Source of the DNA: a virus
Virus record (IMG/VR): IMGVR_UViG_3300023179_000020
Length of the DNA: 64,000 nt
Direction: 5' to 3' (one strand)
Notes under the pieces: generated by a model
Database searches by the model: none
What the model was told of the DNA's origin: nothing
What the model saw: the letters and a program-made list of their open reading frames with translations, nothing else
In this document: one piece after another, positions 25,701 through 37,800 of the stretch
Position numbering within the stretch: the first letter of the stretch is position 1
Layout of the letters: each line of letters begins with the position of its first letter
Program-made: the position numbers and the translations under genes

Positions 25701-26471
25701 ATGAAATTAACAGCAGAACAAATCCAACAAAACTGGATTGATTTTGAAGAAACAATTAAAGCCTATATTAGTGAACCTCGTTGTTCTCAATTATTAGACT
25801 TTTATTATAAATACTCAGACCGTATTATGATGATGCCAGCATCACATAAAAAAGAATATCACAATGCATTCCCAGGAGGATACGTAGACCACGTATTAAG
25901 GGTAGTGGATTGTGCTCTTAAATTAAACAATGTTTGGGTAGAAATGGGAGTAGATTCTTCTACATACACTAAAGAAGAATTGGTATTTGCTGCTCTTAAC
26001 CATGACTTGGGTAAAATGGGTGATGAAAACAATGAATCATACTTATCCCAGGATGACCAATGGAGACGAGAAAAACTAGGGGAAGATTATAAATTCAATA
26101 ATCGCCTTGAATACATGTCAGTACCAGATCGTAGTTTACATTTACTCATGTCTCATGGTATTATGTTTTCTAAAAATGAAATGTTAGCAATTAAATTACA
26201 TGATGGTTTATATGATGATGCTAACAAACCATATTTAATGACTTGGTCACCAGAAACAAAACCACGCACTTCTTTAGTACACATTATCCACCAGGCTGAC
26301 TTAATAGCTGCTAGGATTGAGTTTGAAAAAGAGTGGTTTCCCAAATTTACAGGTGAAAAAGAAAAATCCAATAACTTCACAATCAATGAAAACAAAAAGG
26401 CTTCCGTTAAAACTAAAGCCCTTAGTAGTATTAAAAGTGAAGGATTAAAAAATTTGTTAGACAGCATATGA
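25701..26471 (+). CDS. HD-domain phosphohydrolase
   Basis: HNAFPGGYVDH, HDLGK, HDG, HQAD. Confidence 0.9.
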   Translation: MKLTAEQIQQNWIDFEETIKAYISEPRCSQLLDFYYKYSDRIMMMPASHKKEYHNAFPGGYVDHVLRVVDCALKLNNVWVEMGVDSSTYTKEELVFAALNHDLGKMGDENNESYLSQDDQWRREKLGEDYKFNNRLEYMSVPDRSLHLLMSHGIMFSKNEMLAIKLHDGLYDDANKPYLMTWSPETKPRTSLVHIIHQADLIAARIEFEKEWFPKFTGEKEKSNNFTINENKKASVKTKALSSIKSEGLKNLLDSI

Positions 26472-26743
26472 TAATTGCTATTGCTATTTTAGGATTACTG
26501 GTCGTGGTTTTAGGATACACGACCTTTAATCTTCTTAAGAAAAACGAAAAACAAGAAGATATTCTTGCTGGTTACATGGTTTATTTAAACAAAATCTCAG
26601 ACATTATTGAACATTCTGATAAGCGTTTAAAGGAAGTAGATGCTAGAGAATCGTTTAAGTCTGATGATGAAGTGGGATTCTTTTTTGAATCTATAAAACA
26701 AATCCAAGATGTATTAAACCAGTTTAATATCAAAAACTTATGA
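26468..26743 (+). CDS. membrane-anchored coiled-coil protein
   Basis: TM; F.SDDEVGFFF motif. Confidence 0.7.
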   Translation: MIIAIAILGLLVVVLGYTTFNLLKKNEKQEDILAGYMVYLNKISDIIEHSDKRLKEVDARESFKSDDEVGFFFESIKQIQDVLNQFNIKNL

Positions 26744-27447
26744 ATGTTCAAGTAAAGCCTAAAAGTACAGGAATGTATTTTACTCAAGAAACAGAAAACG
26801 CTATTATAGAATACAACAATACTTTTGATTATGAATTAAAAGACAAAATCTACAGAGAACGTATTCATTATGCTTTTTTTAAATTAACAGAAAACATTAT
26901 TCATACTTTTAAGTTTTATTATACTGAAGTAAATAACATAGAGGATTTACAACACGAAGTGATTTCATTTTTACTCTCTAAAATCCATTTATTCAACCCA
27001 GAAAAAGGAGCAAAAGCATATTCATATTTTGGGACAATTGCTAAACGGTATTTAATCATTTCTAATACTAAAAACTATAAAAAACGTGTTGATAAAGCAC
27101 CTGTTTCAGAATTAGAATCAGATGGAAAATACAGTTATAACATTGATGACATTTCAATTAATGTTAAACTAGCAGCATTTATGGATGAATACGTTGAATA
27201 CTGTTCAAACAACATTTACACTTTGTTTCCAAAAAATGATGATGCTAAAATAGCTGATGCAATTTTGGAATTATTCCGTAAAAGAGAAAGTATAGATATT
27301 TTTAATAAAAAGGCTCTTTACATCTATATTCGTGAAATTATTGATGCTAAAACTCCAAAAATAACAAAAATAGCAAATAAATTATACGACGTGTTTAAAA
27401 CACACTACTATTTTTACCTAGAAAACGGGTATACAAATTTCCCATAA
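26740..27447 (+). CDS. putative late sigma factor (gp55-like)
   Basis: EDLQHE...FNPEKGAKAYSYFGTIAKRYLI resembles sigma region 2. Confidence 0.65.
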   Translation: MNVQVKPKSTGMYFTQETENAIIEYNNTFDYELKDKIYRERIHYAFFKLTENIIHTFKFYYTEVNNIEDLQHEVISFLLSKIHLFNPEKGAKAYSYFGTIAKRYLIISNTKNYKKRVDKAPVSELESDGKYSYNIDDISINVKLAAFMDEYVEYCSNNIYTLFPKNDDAKIADAILELFRKRESIDIFNKKALYIYIREIIDAKTPKITKIANKLYDVFKTHYYFYLENGYTNFP

Positions 27448-27474
27448 CCATATTTATCACTAAATATATGTATT

Positions 27475-27813
27475 ATGAACGGTTTAGAAAACGTAGTATT
27501 TGGTGGTAAAAAATTTTCCGACATACTAGAGGAAATTTATAATAATCAAAAACGTAAGGAAAAACAAATATCTGCTTTAATAGCAGAACTTAAACCCTTA
27601 GTCAATGATCCTGGAGATGCTACTTTAATTGTTCCATTAATTAAAGAATACTTAGAAATAGGTGTTAAAAATGACGAACAACTAATTAAAATGGCTACTA
27701 TCATCCAACGCATCATGAATAACAATACTACAGATGGAGGTTTAGGCATTTCAGACGAAGAAAAAGCTCAATTATTATCTGAAATAGACAAATTTAAAGG
27801 AGAGGATAAATGA
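27475..27813 (+). CDS. conserved late hypothetical protein
   Basis: ORF after ATATTTAT; helical. Confidence 0.7.
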   Translation: MNGLENVVFGGKKFSDILEEIYNNQKRKEKQISALIAELKPLVNDPGDATLIVPLIKEYLEIGVKNDEQLIKMATIIQRIMNNNTTDGGLGISDEEKAQLLSEIDKFKGEDK

Positions 27814-29108
27814 GTACTTCTGCTCTTAGATATGGATTATCAGCTAATTATAACCTTTATGCTCCTAAACAAGGAACTAAATCTTTTACTTCTACCACAT
27901 CAATCATTTCCAGTAGAGTTAGAGACATTATTTTAAATGATACACATCCTCAATTTAATAATTTTGGAGGATGGAATGGTATAGGAACAATTTTTATTGA
28001 AGCTGTTAAAAATCCTATTTTATCTAAAGAAATTCCTCTTATTCCTGCTTCACCTGCTTTTCCAAACATTAAACAATACCCTCTTATAAATGAATTAGTA
28101 CCTGTAGTTTATTTAGCAGACGCAAATGTAGAACAAAATACATCTAATATAACAGCATATTATTTACCTCCTATAAATGTTTGGAATAGTCAAGTTCACA
28201 ACGCTGTGCCTATAGAAAGAACATCTGATACTCAACAAACTGGATATGATTATGCTGAAGCCGGTTCAGTACGAAGATCCCCAGATGCTGATACTGACAT
28301 AACATTAGGAAGTACATTTGATGAAGAAAACACATTATCTAATTATCCTCTCTTACCATATGAGGGAGACGTAATATATGAAGGGCGTTACAGTAATTCT
28401 ATACGTTTAGGTTCTACAGTTAAAACAACAATAAATAGTAAACCTAATGCTTGGTCTGACACTGGAACAAATGGTGATCCTATTACTATAATAAGAAATG
28501 GGCAAGGAGAAGATTCAAAAAATGTAAATAATAATAATGAGTCGTGGGTTCCTACTTTAGAAAACATAAACTTAGATAAATCCTCAGTTTATTTAACAAG
28601 TACTCAAAAATTAAACCTAGAACCCTCTAGTCAACGTTATTCTTCTTTATCCACTCCCCCTACAGGTATTCAACAATATACTAATAACCCCCAAATAATA
28701 TTAAATTCAGGTAGATTAGTTTTTAATTCTAAATCAGATTCAATATTACTTTCATCAAGACAACACATTCATTTATCAACTGAAGATACATTTGGAGTAG
28801 ATGCTGGTGCAAAAATAGTATTATCATCCTCAGATATAAAATTTGGTTCTCTTAATGCTACTGAACCTTTAGTATTAGGTGATACTCTTTCAATTCAATT
28901 AGAAGAAATAGCAGCTACATTAAGTACAATTTCCCAAGCTTTTAAATCAGCTGTAGTTCAAGTAACAGACCCAGTAACAGGACAATTAAAATCTCAACCT
29001 ATTTTATCTTTTCAAAGTTTAGCATCTACTATTTCTACTACTGCTACAAATTTACAAGAAGCTATCGCAGATAAAAGATTTTTATCTAAAACAGTAAAAA
29101 CAGTATAA
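27810..29108 (+). CDS. putative baseplate hub/spike (gp5/GpV-like)
   Basis: YPLINE.V OB-like N-terminus, GD.I.EGR..NSIRLG, beta-repeat C-terminus with EPLVLGD. Confidence 0.55.
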   Translation: MSTSALRYGLSANYNLYAPKQGTKSFTSTTSIISSRVRDIILNDTHPQFNNFGGWNGIGTIFIEAVKNPILSKEIPLIPASPAFPNIKQYPLINELVPVVYLADANVEQNTSNITAYYLPPINVWNSQVHNAVPIERTSDTQQTGYDYAEAGSVRRSPDADTDITLGSTFDEENTLSNYPLLPYEGDVIYEGRYSNSIRLGSTVKTTINSKPNAWSDTGTNGDPITIIRNGQGEDSKNVNNNNESWVPTLENINLDKSSVYLTSTQKLNLEPSSQRYSSLSTPPTGIQQYTNNPQIILNSGRLVFNSKSDSILLSSRQHIHLSTEDTFGVDAGAKIVLSSSDIKFGSLNATEPLVLGDTLSIQLEEIAATLSTISQAFKSAVVQVTDPVTGQLKSQPILSFQSLASTISTTATNLQEAIADKRFLSKTVKTV

Positions 29109-29109
29109 T

Positions 29110-30699
29110 ATGTCTTTATTTAACAAATCACAAGTAATAATTGATGGTAATGTTGTTGATAGTAATACTGGAAAAGGTTTAGGTCGAGTAACAGTTGATA
29201 TTAATTACTTATCAGAAACAATTCCTCCTAAATATAAAACTAATGATGGTGGAAGTGTATCATTTGAATCTGTTCAAACTCAATTAGGGAAAGCATTTAA
29301 AACAGTATATTCTCCTGTATTTGGGATTCCTAAAAAATCATCTGAAGCAATTTTAACTTACATACCATATTCTTCCTCAGTTGAAGAACAATCTCAAGCA
29401 TTCCAAACAGGTGCAGATAATGGACTAGCTGAAATATTTCTTGAAGACATTATTGCAGGAAAAGATTCTCCTTCCATTACTGAAGTTTTAACCCCTCTTG
29501 TTCCTTCAGCTAGAACAACTAAATCTGTTAAAACTAAACCATCAGGGAAGTGGAGTACTAAAATTGACATGGATAAAGTAAGTGCTAATCCAGCTATAAG
29601 TGTTTCATTTGAAAAAGATGAATATGAAGGAGTAACTATTAATAATATCCAAAAATCCCCACCCCCAGAAGATAACCCAGATAATGATGTGTATTATTCT
29701 ATTCCTAGAATAACTTTAACTCCACAACCTACAGAAGAATTAAAAAAAGTAATTATACAAAAAATATTAGCTAAATTAAAGTATCAAGAAATAGAAGTAG
29801 CTGAAAGATCATTACCCCCTATCCCCTTTCCTATTAATTTAGCTCTTAATGCTGATTTAGATAAAGAAAAAATTAAAAAAACTTTAATAGCAGCTGCTTT
29901 ATCTTTAGTTGCAATTTTTGGTCCTATGGCGTTGCAGTATTTACTTTCTCAAGTTCCTTTAGATCAAATTGCAAATAAAATTAAATGCCCAAAAAAAGAT
30001 ATTTTAAAAAATTTAATTCCTAAACGTAATAAACTAGTTAAAGATTTAAATAGACTTTATAAAAAAATTGATACATTAAACAAACAAGTAGGTACAGTTA
30101 ATGGTATAATAACTGGTGTTCGAATAGCGCTTACTGTTTTAAACCAAACAATACCACCACTTCAAACTGCAGCTCAAGCATTGGTTGTAGCAGCACAAGG
30201 TCCACAAGCTGTAACAACAAATGATACAGTAAATAGACTCCAAAAAATACTTAGACAATCAGAACAAATACTAGGAATAATACAACCTGGTGTTACTTTA
30301 GTATCTATAGTTATAGGTAGTATAGCTATATTATTAACACTTGTTATAAAGATATTAGAATTTTTAGATATATTAATTAGAAAATGTTCTGAAGAACAAA
30401 ATATACCTTTTGAAGAAATAAATAATGAATTAAATACTCTTGTAAATACATCTACAGGTATAAGTAATAGTGCTGTAATAGGTGCAACAGAAAGAGACAA
30501 TACTTATAAAGGATTTACTTTAGAAATTAAATTAGATGAAGCTAGTACTAGTAAATATCCTCTTCGTTTTGCTCAAGCATTAAATGTTCAAGGAGTACCT
30601 GTATTAAAAACAGAAAAATCATTTGCATCAGACCCTCAAGTATTACTAAATGAACTAAAATTTATTATAGATTCAAATCCTAATTTAACTGCCAAATAG
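29110..30699 (+). CDS. virion-associated protein with hydrophobic helices
   Basis: position in baseplate cluster. Confidence 0.6.
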   Translation: MSLFNKSQVIIDGNVVDSNTGKGLGRVTVDINYLSETIPPKYKTNDGGSVSFESVQTQLGKAFKTVYSPVFGIPKKSSEAILTYIPYSSSVEEQSQAFQTGADNGLAEIFLEDIIAGKDSPSITEVLTPLVPSARTTKSVKTKPSGKWSTKIDMDKVSANPAISVSFEKDEYEGVTINNIQKSPPPEDNPDNDVYYSIPRITLTPQPTEELKKVIIQKILAKLKYQEIEVAERSLPPIPFPINLALNADLDKEKIKKTLIAAALSLVAIFGPMALQYLLSQVPLDQIANKIKCPKKDILKNLIPKRNKLVKDLNRLYKKIDTLNKQVGTVNGIITGVRIALTVLNQTIPPLQTAAQALVVAAQGPQAVTTNDTVNRLQKILRQSEQILGIIQPGVTLVSIVIGSIAILLTLVIKILEFLDILIRKCSEEQNIPFEEINNELNTLVNTSTGISNSAVIGATERDNTYKGFTLEIKLDEASTSKYPLRFAQALNVQGVPVLKTEKSFASDPQVLLNELKFIIDSNPNLTAK

Positions 30700-30716
30700 T
30701 CAAATATTTATAATAT

Positions 30717-31088
30717 ATGAAAACAGATTTTTTAAAAAAATTAATTAAAGAAGCAGTACGTGAAGCAATTCAAGATGAACTAAAAGATATACTTCTTGAA
30801 GCGGTGCGTGCTCCAAAAACTGTAGTTAGTGAAACATACACTGGGACTAGCCCATTCTTAAACCAACCTGTAATGGTATCCCCATCAACATCAACTGTAA
30901 ATCATGATCTTAAACGTAATTTACGTGCTATGATTGGAGGTGAATTTGATACTACAATTTCTGCTAATTCATCTCATGCTCAACCAGCATATACTCCTCC
31001 ACCTGTAAGCACTATAGGTGAAGGTTCAAGTTTACCTGGTGGAGAAGTAAGTTTAAATCAAATAATGGGGTTAATGAATAATAAGTAA
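30717..31088 (+). CDS. late protein with LKKLIKEAVRE leader
   Basis: ATATTTAT upstream; leader family B. Confidence 0.7.
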   Translation: MKTDFLKKLIKEAVREAIQDELKDILLEAVRAPKTVVSETYTGTSPFLNQPVMVSPSTSTVNHDLKRNLRAMIGGEFDTTISANSSHAQPAYTPPPVSTIGEGSSLPGGEVSLNQIMGLMNNK

Positions 31089-31507
31089 TGGCATATAGAA
31101 TACCAAATAAACATCCTTTAGATTTAAACCAACGTGTAGCGGTTGGGGTGTCTATTCCTTTTTCAAATACTAATGATGTTTTTAATTCAACATATGATGT
31201 TATTGAACAAACAAAATCTAATTTGATTAATTTTATTTTAACTAATAGAGGAGAAAGAAGATTAAATCCAAATTATGGTTCTAATTTAAGACAATATTTA
31301 TTTGAACCTCTTACTCCTAATACTATAAATGCATTAGAAATAAAATTAACCAATGACATAAAAACTAATTTCCCATCAGTCAGAGTAAACCAATTATTGA
31401 TTACTCCTGCTTATCAAAATAATGCTATACAAATAGTAATAAATTATTCTGTTTTGAATAACGCTGCTCAAACTATTAACATTGATGTTCCTGTTATAGG
31501 AACATAA
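31088..31507 (+). CDS. baseplate wedge protein gp25-like
   Basis: KSNLIN.ILT.RGER..NP.YGS.L...LFEP. Confidence 0.88.
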   Translation: MAYRIPNKHPLDLNQRVAVGVSIPFSNTNDVFNSTYDVIEQTKSNLINFILTNRGERRLNPNYGSNLRQYLFEPLTPNTINALEIKLTNDIKTNFPSVRVNQLLITPAYQNNAIQIVINYSVLNNAAQTINIDVPVIGT

Positions 31508-31525
31508 TAATTTTAAATAAAAAAT

Positions 31526-33400
31526 ATGGCTTCTGAAAATAGAGATATAAAATATTTAAATAAAGATTTTGGTGAATTAAGAAATTCTCTTATAGAATTT
31601 GCTAAAACTTATTTCCCAAGCACATACAATGACTTTACTCCTTCCTCTCCAGGAATGATGTTTATGGAAATGTCTGCGTATGTTGGAGATGTTTTATCAT
31701 TTTATCTTGACAACCAAATACAAGAAAATTTTGTACAATTTGCACGTCAAACAAATAATCTCTATACTTTAGCTTATATGCTGGGTTATAGACCAAAAGT
31801 AACTGGAGCCGCAATTACAACAGTAGACGTTTATCAACAAGTACCTTCAAAACTTGTAGGAGGAACATATATACCTGATTATGATTATGCTTTAAACATA
31901 GCAGAAAATACATCTATTAAGTCTAATTTAGCTAATGGGGGAAATTTTTTAGTGCAGGATGCTATTGATTTTTCATTTTCAAGTTCAGCTGATCCTACTA
32001 CTGTAACAATTTTTAGTGTAGATAATACTAATGGGTTTCCTACATTTTTTCTACTTAAAAAATCAAGACAAGCAATTTCAGCCGATATTCAAACAACAAC
32101 TTTTTCATTTGGCCCTCCAGAACGTTTCCAAACAGTTGAAATAAATGATGCTAGTATTATTCAAATATTAGACATTGTTGATAGTGATGGAAATGAATGG
32201 TATGAAGTGCCATATATGGCTCAAGAAACAGTTTTTGATACTATTAAAAACACAAATCCAAATGATCCTAATTTCTATTCAGATCAATCAGAAGTTCCAT
32301 ATTTATTACAATTAAGAAAAGTACCACGTAGATTTGTTTCTAGATTTATAGATAAAGAAACGTTACAACTACAATTTGGTGCAGGAACAACTACTCAAAA
32401 TAATGATGAAGAAGTTATTCCTAATCCTGAAAATGTAGGTTTAGGACTTCCTTATAAACGTTCTTTATTAACAACTGCTTTTTCACCTACTAATTTTTTG
32501 TATACTGACACTTATGGTATTTCTCCTTATAATACAACATTAACTGTTCGTTATTTAACAGGAGGAGGAGTTTCCTCAAATGTATCTGCTGGAACCTTAA
32601 CTACTATTAACAACACAGAAAATATTAGATTTCAAAATAGCAATTTAGATCCGGTTTTATCCCAAACTGTTTTTGATTCAGTATTAGTTAATAACCCCAA
32701 TGCTGCTTCAGGTGGACAAGACGGTGATACAACAGATGAAATAAGATTTAATTCTTTATCAACATTTGCTACTCAATTAAGAAGTGTAACACAAGATGAC
32801 TATTTAGTTAGAGCATTGAGTATACCTTCTCAATATGGTAGTATAGCAAAAGCATATGTTGAACCACAAAAACTAGAAAATTTACTACCAGGTGAAACCC
32901 CTTCAGTTTTAAATTTGTTTGTTTTAGCTTTTGATAATGATAAAAAATTAAAATTTGCTTCTACAGCTTTAAAACAAAATTTATCAACGTATCTTTCTCA
33001 ATATAGAATTGTTAATGATTCTATAAAAATTAAAGATGCCTTTTATATTAATATAGGAATAGATTTTGATATAACAGTTCTCCCAGAATATAATAATAAT
33101 GAAGTTATTTTTAATGGTATCCAAGCATTAAAAGATTATTTTCAAATTGATAAATGGCAAATCAATGAACCTATCTTATTAAAAGATTTATTTATTCTTT
33201 TAGACAAAATAGATGGAGTTCAAACTGTAAAAAATATTAATATTACAAATAAAGTAGGAGCAAATTTAGGATACTCAAATTTTGCTTATGATGTAAAAGG
33301 AGCAACTGTAAACAATGTTGTTTATCCTTCATTAGACCCAATGGTTTTTGAAGTAAGATTTCCTGATACTGATATTAAAGGACGTGTAGTGCCTTTATAA
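31526..33400 (+). CDS. baseplate wedge protein gp6/J-like
   Basis: DF...YNDF..SSPG....E..AYVGDVLSFY, LA..LGY.P, L.FG.G, ASGG.D.....EIR, RSVT.DDY. Confidence 0.88.
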   Translation: MASENRDIKYLNKDFGELRNSLIEFAKTYFPSTYNDFTPSSPGMMFMEMSAYVGDVLSFYLDNQIQENFVQFARQTNNLYTLAYMLGYRPKVTGAAITTVDVYQQVPSKLVGGTYIPDYDYALNIAENTSIKSNLANGGNFLVQDAIDFSFSSSADPTTVTIFSVDNTNGFPTFFLLKKSRQAISADIQTTTFSFGPPERFQTVEINDASIIQILDIVDSDGNEWYEVPYMAQETVFDTIKNTNPNDPNFYSDQSEVPYLLQLRKVPRRFVSRFIDKETLQLQFGAGTTTQNNDEEVIPNPENVGLGLPYKRSLLTTAFSPTNFLYTDTYGISPYNTTLTVRYLTGGGVSSNVSAGTLTTINNTENIRFQNSNLDPVLSQTVFDSVLVNNPNAASGGQDGDTTDEIRFNSLSTFATQLRSVTQDDYLVRALSIPSQYGSIAKAYVEPQKLENLLPGETPSVLNLFVLAFDNDKKLKFASTALKQNLSTYLSQYRIVNDSIKIKDAFYINIGIDFDITVLPEYNNNEVIFNGIQALKDYFQIDKWQINEPILLKDLFILLDKIDGVQTVKNINITNKVGANLGYSNFAYDVKGATVNNVVYPSLDPMVFEVRFPDTDIKGRVVPL

Positions 33401-33421
33401 TTTTTATATTTATAATAAAAA

Positions 33422-34540
33422 ATGGCAGTTTATAAAATATTTCCTGTTAAAGACGCTTCCATTTATTCGCTATACCCTAGTAAAAATACAGGGTTAGATG
33501 AAATATTAGAATCATCTGCTGATATAGATATATCTGGTACCCCCCAATCAAGTAGATTTTTAGTTCAATTTTCTGATACTGAAATAAACGATATTATTAC
33601 TAATAAAATTAGTGGTTCTCAATGGCAAGCCAATTTTAGAGGATTTGTATCTAATTTAGAAGGATTAAACCTTACTACTACTCTTGAATTTTATCCATTA
33701 TCCGGATCATGGGATATGGGTACAGGAAAATATTCATATAATCCTGAATATATCAATGGAGTAAGTTGGGCCTGGAAATCATATTCTGGTAGTAATGCTT
33801 GGTCTACAAGTAATTTTTCAGCATATGTAACTGCTTCATATTCAGGATCAGCGGGAGGAGGAACATGGTATACAGGATCAGCTAATGCTACTGTTTTACC
33901 AATTTATTCAACTCAAAGTTTTGCATATCTTGATTCAGGTGATATTAATGTTAATATTACTAACATGGTTAAGGCATGGTATAGTGGATCTATATCTAAT
34001 AATGGTTTTATAGCTAAACAAGCAGTTGAATTTGTTGATAGTGAAGATTATCAAATTGAGATGAAATTTTTCTCAAGAGATACTCACACTATTTATCCTC
34101 CACAATTAGAATTTAGATGGAGAGATTATGCTTTCAACACAGGATCTTCAACTACTACCATTTTATCAACCCAAACCGCAACAGTAGCTATAGATGAAAA
34201 TCCTGGTTTATTTTACCCTGAAAGTGTAAATAAATTTAGAGTAAACTCAAGACCAACATACCCAGCAAGAACATTTCAAACATCTTCATATTATACAACA
34301 AATTATTATTTACCAACAGCATCATTTTTTGCTGTAAAAGACTTGGATACTAACGAATTTGTTATAGATTTTGATGATCAATATACTCAATTAAGTGCTG
34401 ATGAACAAGGAAATTATTTTACTCTTTATATGAACGGATTAGAACCTGAAAGGTATTATAAAATTTTAATTAAAAGTATTATTAATGGTTCAACTATAGT
34501 TTTTGATAATAATTATTCTTTTAAAGTAGTTAATGGCTAA
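33422..34540 (+). CDS. virion structural protein
   Basis: late motif; KDASIY...N.G.DEILE, W.MGTG, P.LE..W; SGS-rich. Confidence 0.7.
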   Translation: MAVYKIFPVKDASIYSLYPSKNTGLDEILESSADIDISGTPQSSRFLVQFSDTEINDIITNKISGSQWQANFRGFVSNLEGLNLTTTLEFYPLSGSWDMGTGKYSYNPEYINGVSWAWKSYSGSNAWSTSNFSAYVTASYSGSAGGGTWYTGSANATVLPIYSTQSFAYLDSGDINVNITNMVKAWYSGSISNNGFIAKQAVEFVDSEDYQIEMKFFSRDTHTIYPPQLEFRWRDYAFNTGSSTTTILSTQTATVAIDENPGLFYPESVNKFRVNSRPTYPARTFQTSSYYTTNYYLPTASFFAVKDLDTNEFVIDFDDQYTQLSADEQGNYFTLYMNGLEPERYYKILIKSIINGSTIVFDNNYSFKVVNG

Positions 34541-34880
34541 TTATTCTTTAAATAAAACAGTCTATAATAAAGAGGCATATGAAAAAACAATTGATACTTC
34601 ATTTGCTCAAATTCAGACACCTCCTCCTCCTTTAGAGGATACTATAAGTGTTGCTGAGTTTTTTAATCTTTATACAGCTATTTTTTATGATATTCCAACA
34701 GAAGGAGATATAAATTCACATGCTTATTTAGTTAAAACAAGTGGTGATTACATAGGTGGAGAACAAATTAATGCTGATGTTCAAGCGTTACTAGACGAAA
34801 TAACTGCTTTAAGACAAGAAAATTTATCTTTACAACAAGAATTAGTTTCAACAATATCATCTTCTATTACCACAGCATAA
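34533..34880 (+). CDS. virion structural protein
   Basis: in structural operon; C-terminal coiled coil. Confidence 0.7.
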   Translation: MANYSLNKTVYNKEAYEKTIDTSFAQIQTPPPPLEDTISVAEFFNLYTAIFYDIPTEGDINSHAYLVKTSGDYIGGEQINADVQALLDEITALRQENLSLQQELVSTISSSITTA

Positions 34881-34881
34881 A

Positions 34882-37800
34882 ATGGCAGCTACAATAACCA
34901 ATATAGACCCAGTTACTTTAAAAACTCAAACATATTCTTTTCAGGATTTAAACTTGGTTCCTGCTGAATCTGTTCCTTCACAGTTTGATCCTTCTAAAAA
35001 TTATATTGAATATATAATTCAATCCTTAGATGGTGTTTTTTCTATTACAGAACAAAATTATGGTGGTTATAAAGTTATAAATGATACTTCACCTGTTGGT
35101 GAACCTGTTATATATGACATAGATATTAATCCTGAACAAGATGTAATTGATAGAGGTTTTTCTCAAGGTTCATGGAATACAATTTATAATTTTTTAAATA
35201 ATGAATTAAGTTCCTCTTCTGAAACCCAACCATATTATATAAAAGAAATATCTTCGGACAGAACAGAAATTAGAATTGCTTCTAATGTTATTTCTAATGA
35301 AAGTTTAGAACCATTAGTAAATGAATTTTTAGATAAATTAACATCAACTGAATATTTTCAAGATTTTTACCTTAATTTTGGTAGCAATAATCTTATCATA
35401 GCAAATAATTTATTGCTTGATAATACTAAAGAACAATATGAAGTTCTAATTAATTTATACGAACCACTCCCCACACAATTTACAGATAAAAGTACTTTGT
35501 GGGTTGTAACAAAAGTAGCTGATTCATTAGCATTTAATATTACTTTTCAACCTACATTAGTTGTTCCTCAAAGTTTTAGCCCTACAATTAAAGGACCAAA
35601 TTTTGATTTACCTTTAAAAGATCAACTTAATAATTCAAGTTTTTATGTTAATTATGAACAATTATTAACCACTGAAGTAAATGCTTCTTATCAACAAATG
35701 TTATCGTATTTAAACGATAAAAGTATAAATATTGGAATTAACTTTACAGATTTTAGTAATTTTGTTCATTTATCATCAGCTGAAACCAGAATAAATAGGT
35801 TTTTTTATAAAATTCAACTATTAGAACAATATAATGCAGACTTAGGAAGTTTATCAGTAGTAACATCATCTTCACTTAATTCTAGTGTTACTGTTTTAAA
35901 TGAAAAAATTGATAATATATTTAAAAATTTTGATGCTTTTGAATATTATCTTTATTACGAATCTGGTTCAAACACATATCCAAAATCAAACTCAATCCCC
36001 CCATACTCAGTTGTTACTTCAACCAGTCCTCAAGCCATAACATGGTATAATGAACAAATAATAAGTGCATCAGCATATGATAGGAATAATCAAGATTATT
36101 TGGTAAATACAATACCTGATTATTTAAAAGACGATCCTCAAAATGATCCGTATAAAGTATTTGTAGATATGGTTGGTCATTTTTATGATAATATTTATGT
36201 TTATTATAAAGATGTTTCTAATCGTTACAATGGTGATAATAGATTAGAATACGGTATTTCTAAAGACTTAGTAGCAGATGCTTTAAGATCATTTGGTTTA
36301 AAAATTTATCAAAACAATTTTTCAACAGATAATTTATTTGCAGCTTTTACAGGTGTTAGTACTGATACAAATTTACCTCCTGGTGGATATATAATTAGTG
36401 GTAATTTATATGTTACTTCTTCATACATTGTAGAAGATGCTGATCCTCCAACTTTTAATGGTTATTTTGAAGAAGAATATACAGAATTTTTACCAAATCC
36501 TTTTGAATTAATAACAGATGCTATTTCTATTGGTGATCAATATACTCCAACAGATGATTTAATAAAAGAAATTTATAAACGTTTATATCATAACTTACCT
36601 CTTTTATTAAAACAAAAAGGTACAGTTGCTGGTTTAAGAAACCTTATAAACATTTATGGTATTCCTGACACTATTTTACGTATAAGTGAATTTGGAGGAA
36701 GAGATAAAGATGAAACTACTTATGATTATTTTTACGATAAATACAGTTTAGCAGCTACAGTATCTGGTTCTTCACTTGGGTATGTAAATACATTTTTTGA
36801 ATTAAATACAACTTGGAGTGCTCCTGATGATCGTCCAGCGTGTGTGCAATTTAGGTTTAATACTAATCAACAGCCTTCTGCTTCGATGGCTCCATTAGGA
36901 TTATTCCAAACAGATACTGGATTTATTAATCAAATGACCGGTAGTCTAATCTTAACATATACTGGATCAGGATACACAACAGCTTCATATTCATACCCAG
37001 ATTCAGGTTCAAAACTAGCCCCAGATTATCAATATGCTAAACTAGATTTTGTTCCTAACAGTGCTAATCCTAACACTAGTGCTAGTGTATACTTACCATT
37101 TTTTGACCAAAATTGGTGGTCAGTAATGATTAACAGATCTGGAAGTACAAATCCTACATTTACTTTATACGCAGGAAACAAGGTTACTTATAATGGGTAT
37201 GATGGAAACCAAATTGGATTTTTTGCTTCTTCTTCTGTAACTTCTACTTGGAGTTCAGGTTCAAATAGATTTGCACGATTTTTCTTAGCTAGTTCTAGTT
37301 TAGGGTTATTTCCTTTTACAAGTGGTTCTATACAAGAAATAAGATACTGGACTAGAACCCAAAGTGCAGAATCATTTAAGGATTTTATAATGAATCCTAG
37401 TTCTATTGATTTTGTAGGAGAAAATGAAGACTATGCTAATTACTTAGCCTTCAGAGCACCTTTAGGAAATGAATTATACATAGGATCATCTTCCGTTCAT
37501 CCTAAAGTTTCTGGTAGTTGGCCTACTACTGCTTCTCTTTATGACTTTACAATCGGATATATAGGAGAAACAAATGAATTTACTATTAATACTTCATCTA
37601 TAACATTTGTTCCTACCACAGATTCAGTATTATTTAATTCTCCAATTGGTGGTTTAAAAAACAGAGTAACAGATAAAATACAAATAGTATCTTCAAGTTA
37701 CCCTCCAGTTAGTTTGTTTTATACTCAATCTGGTGATACTTTATCACAATACAGAAGTATAGAACAGTTTCCACTTTCTACAAATAGTGAATCGCCTGAC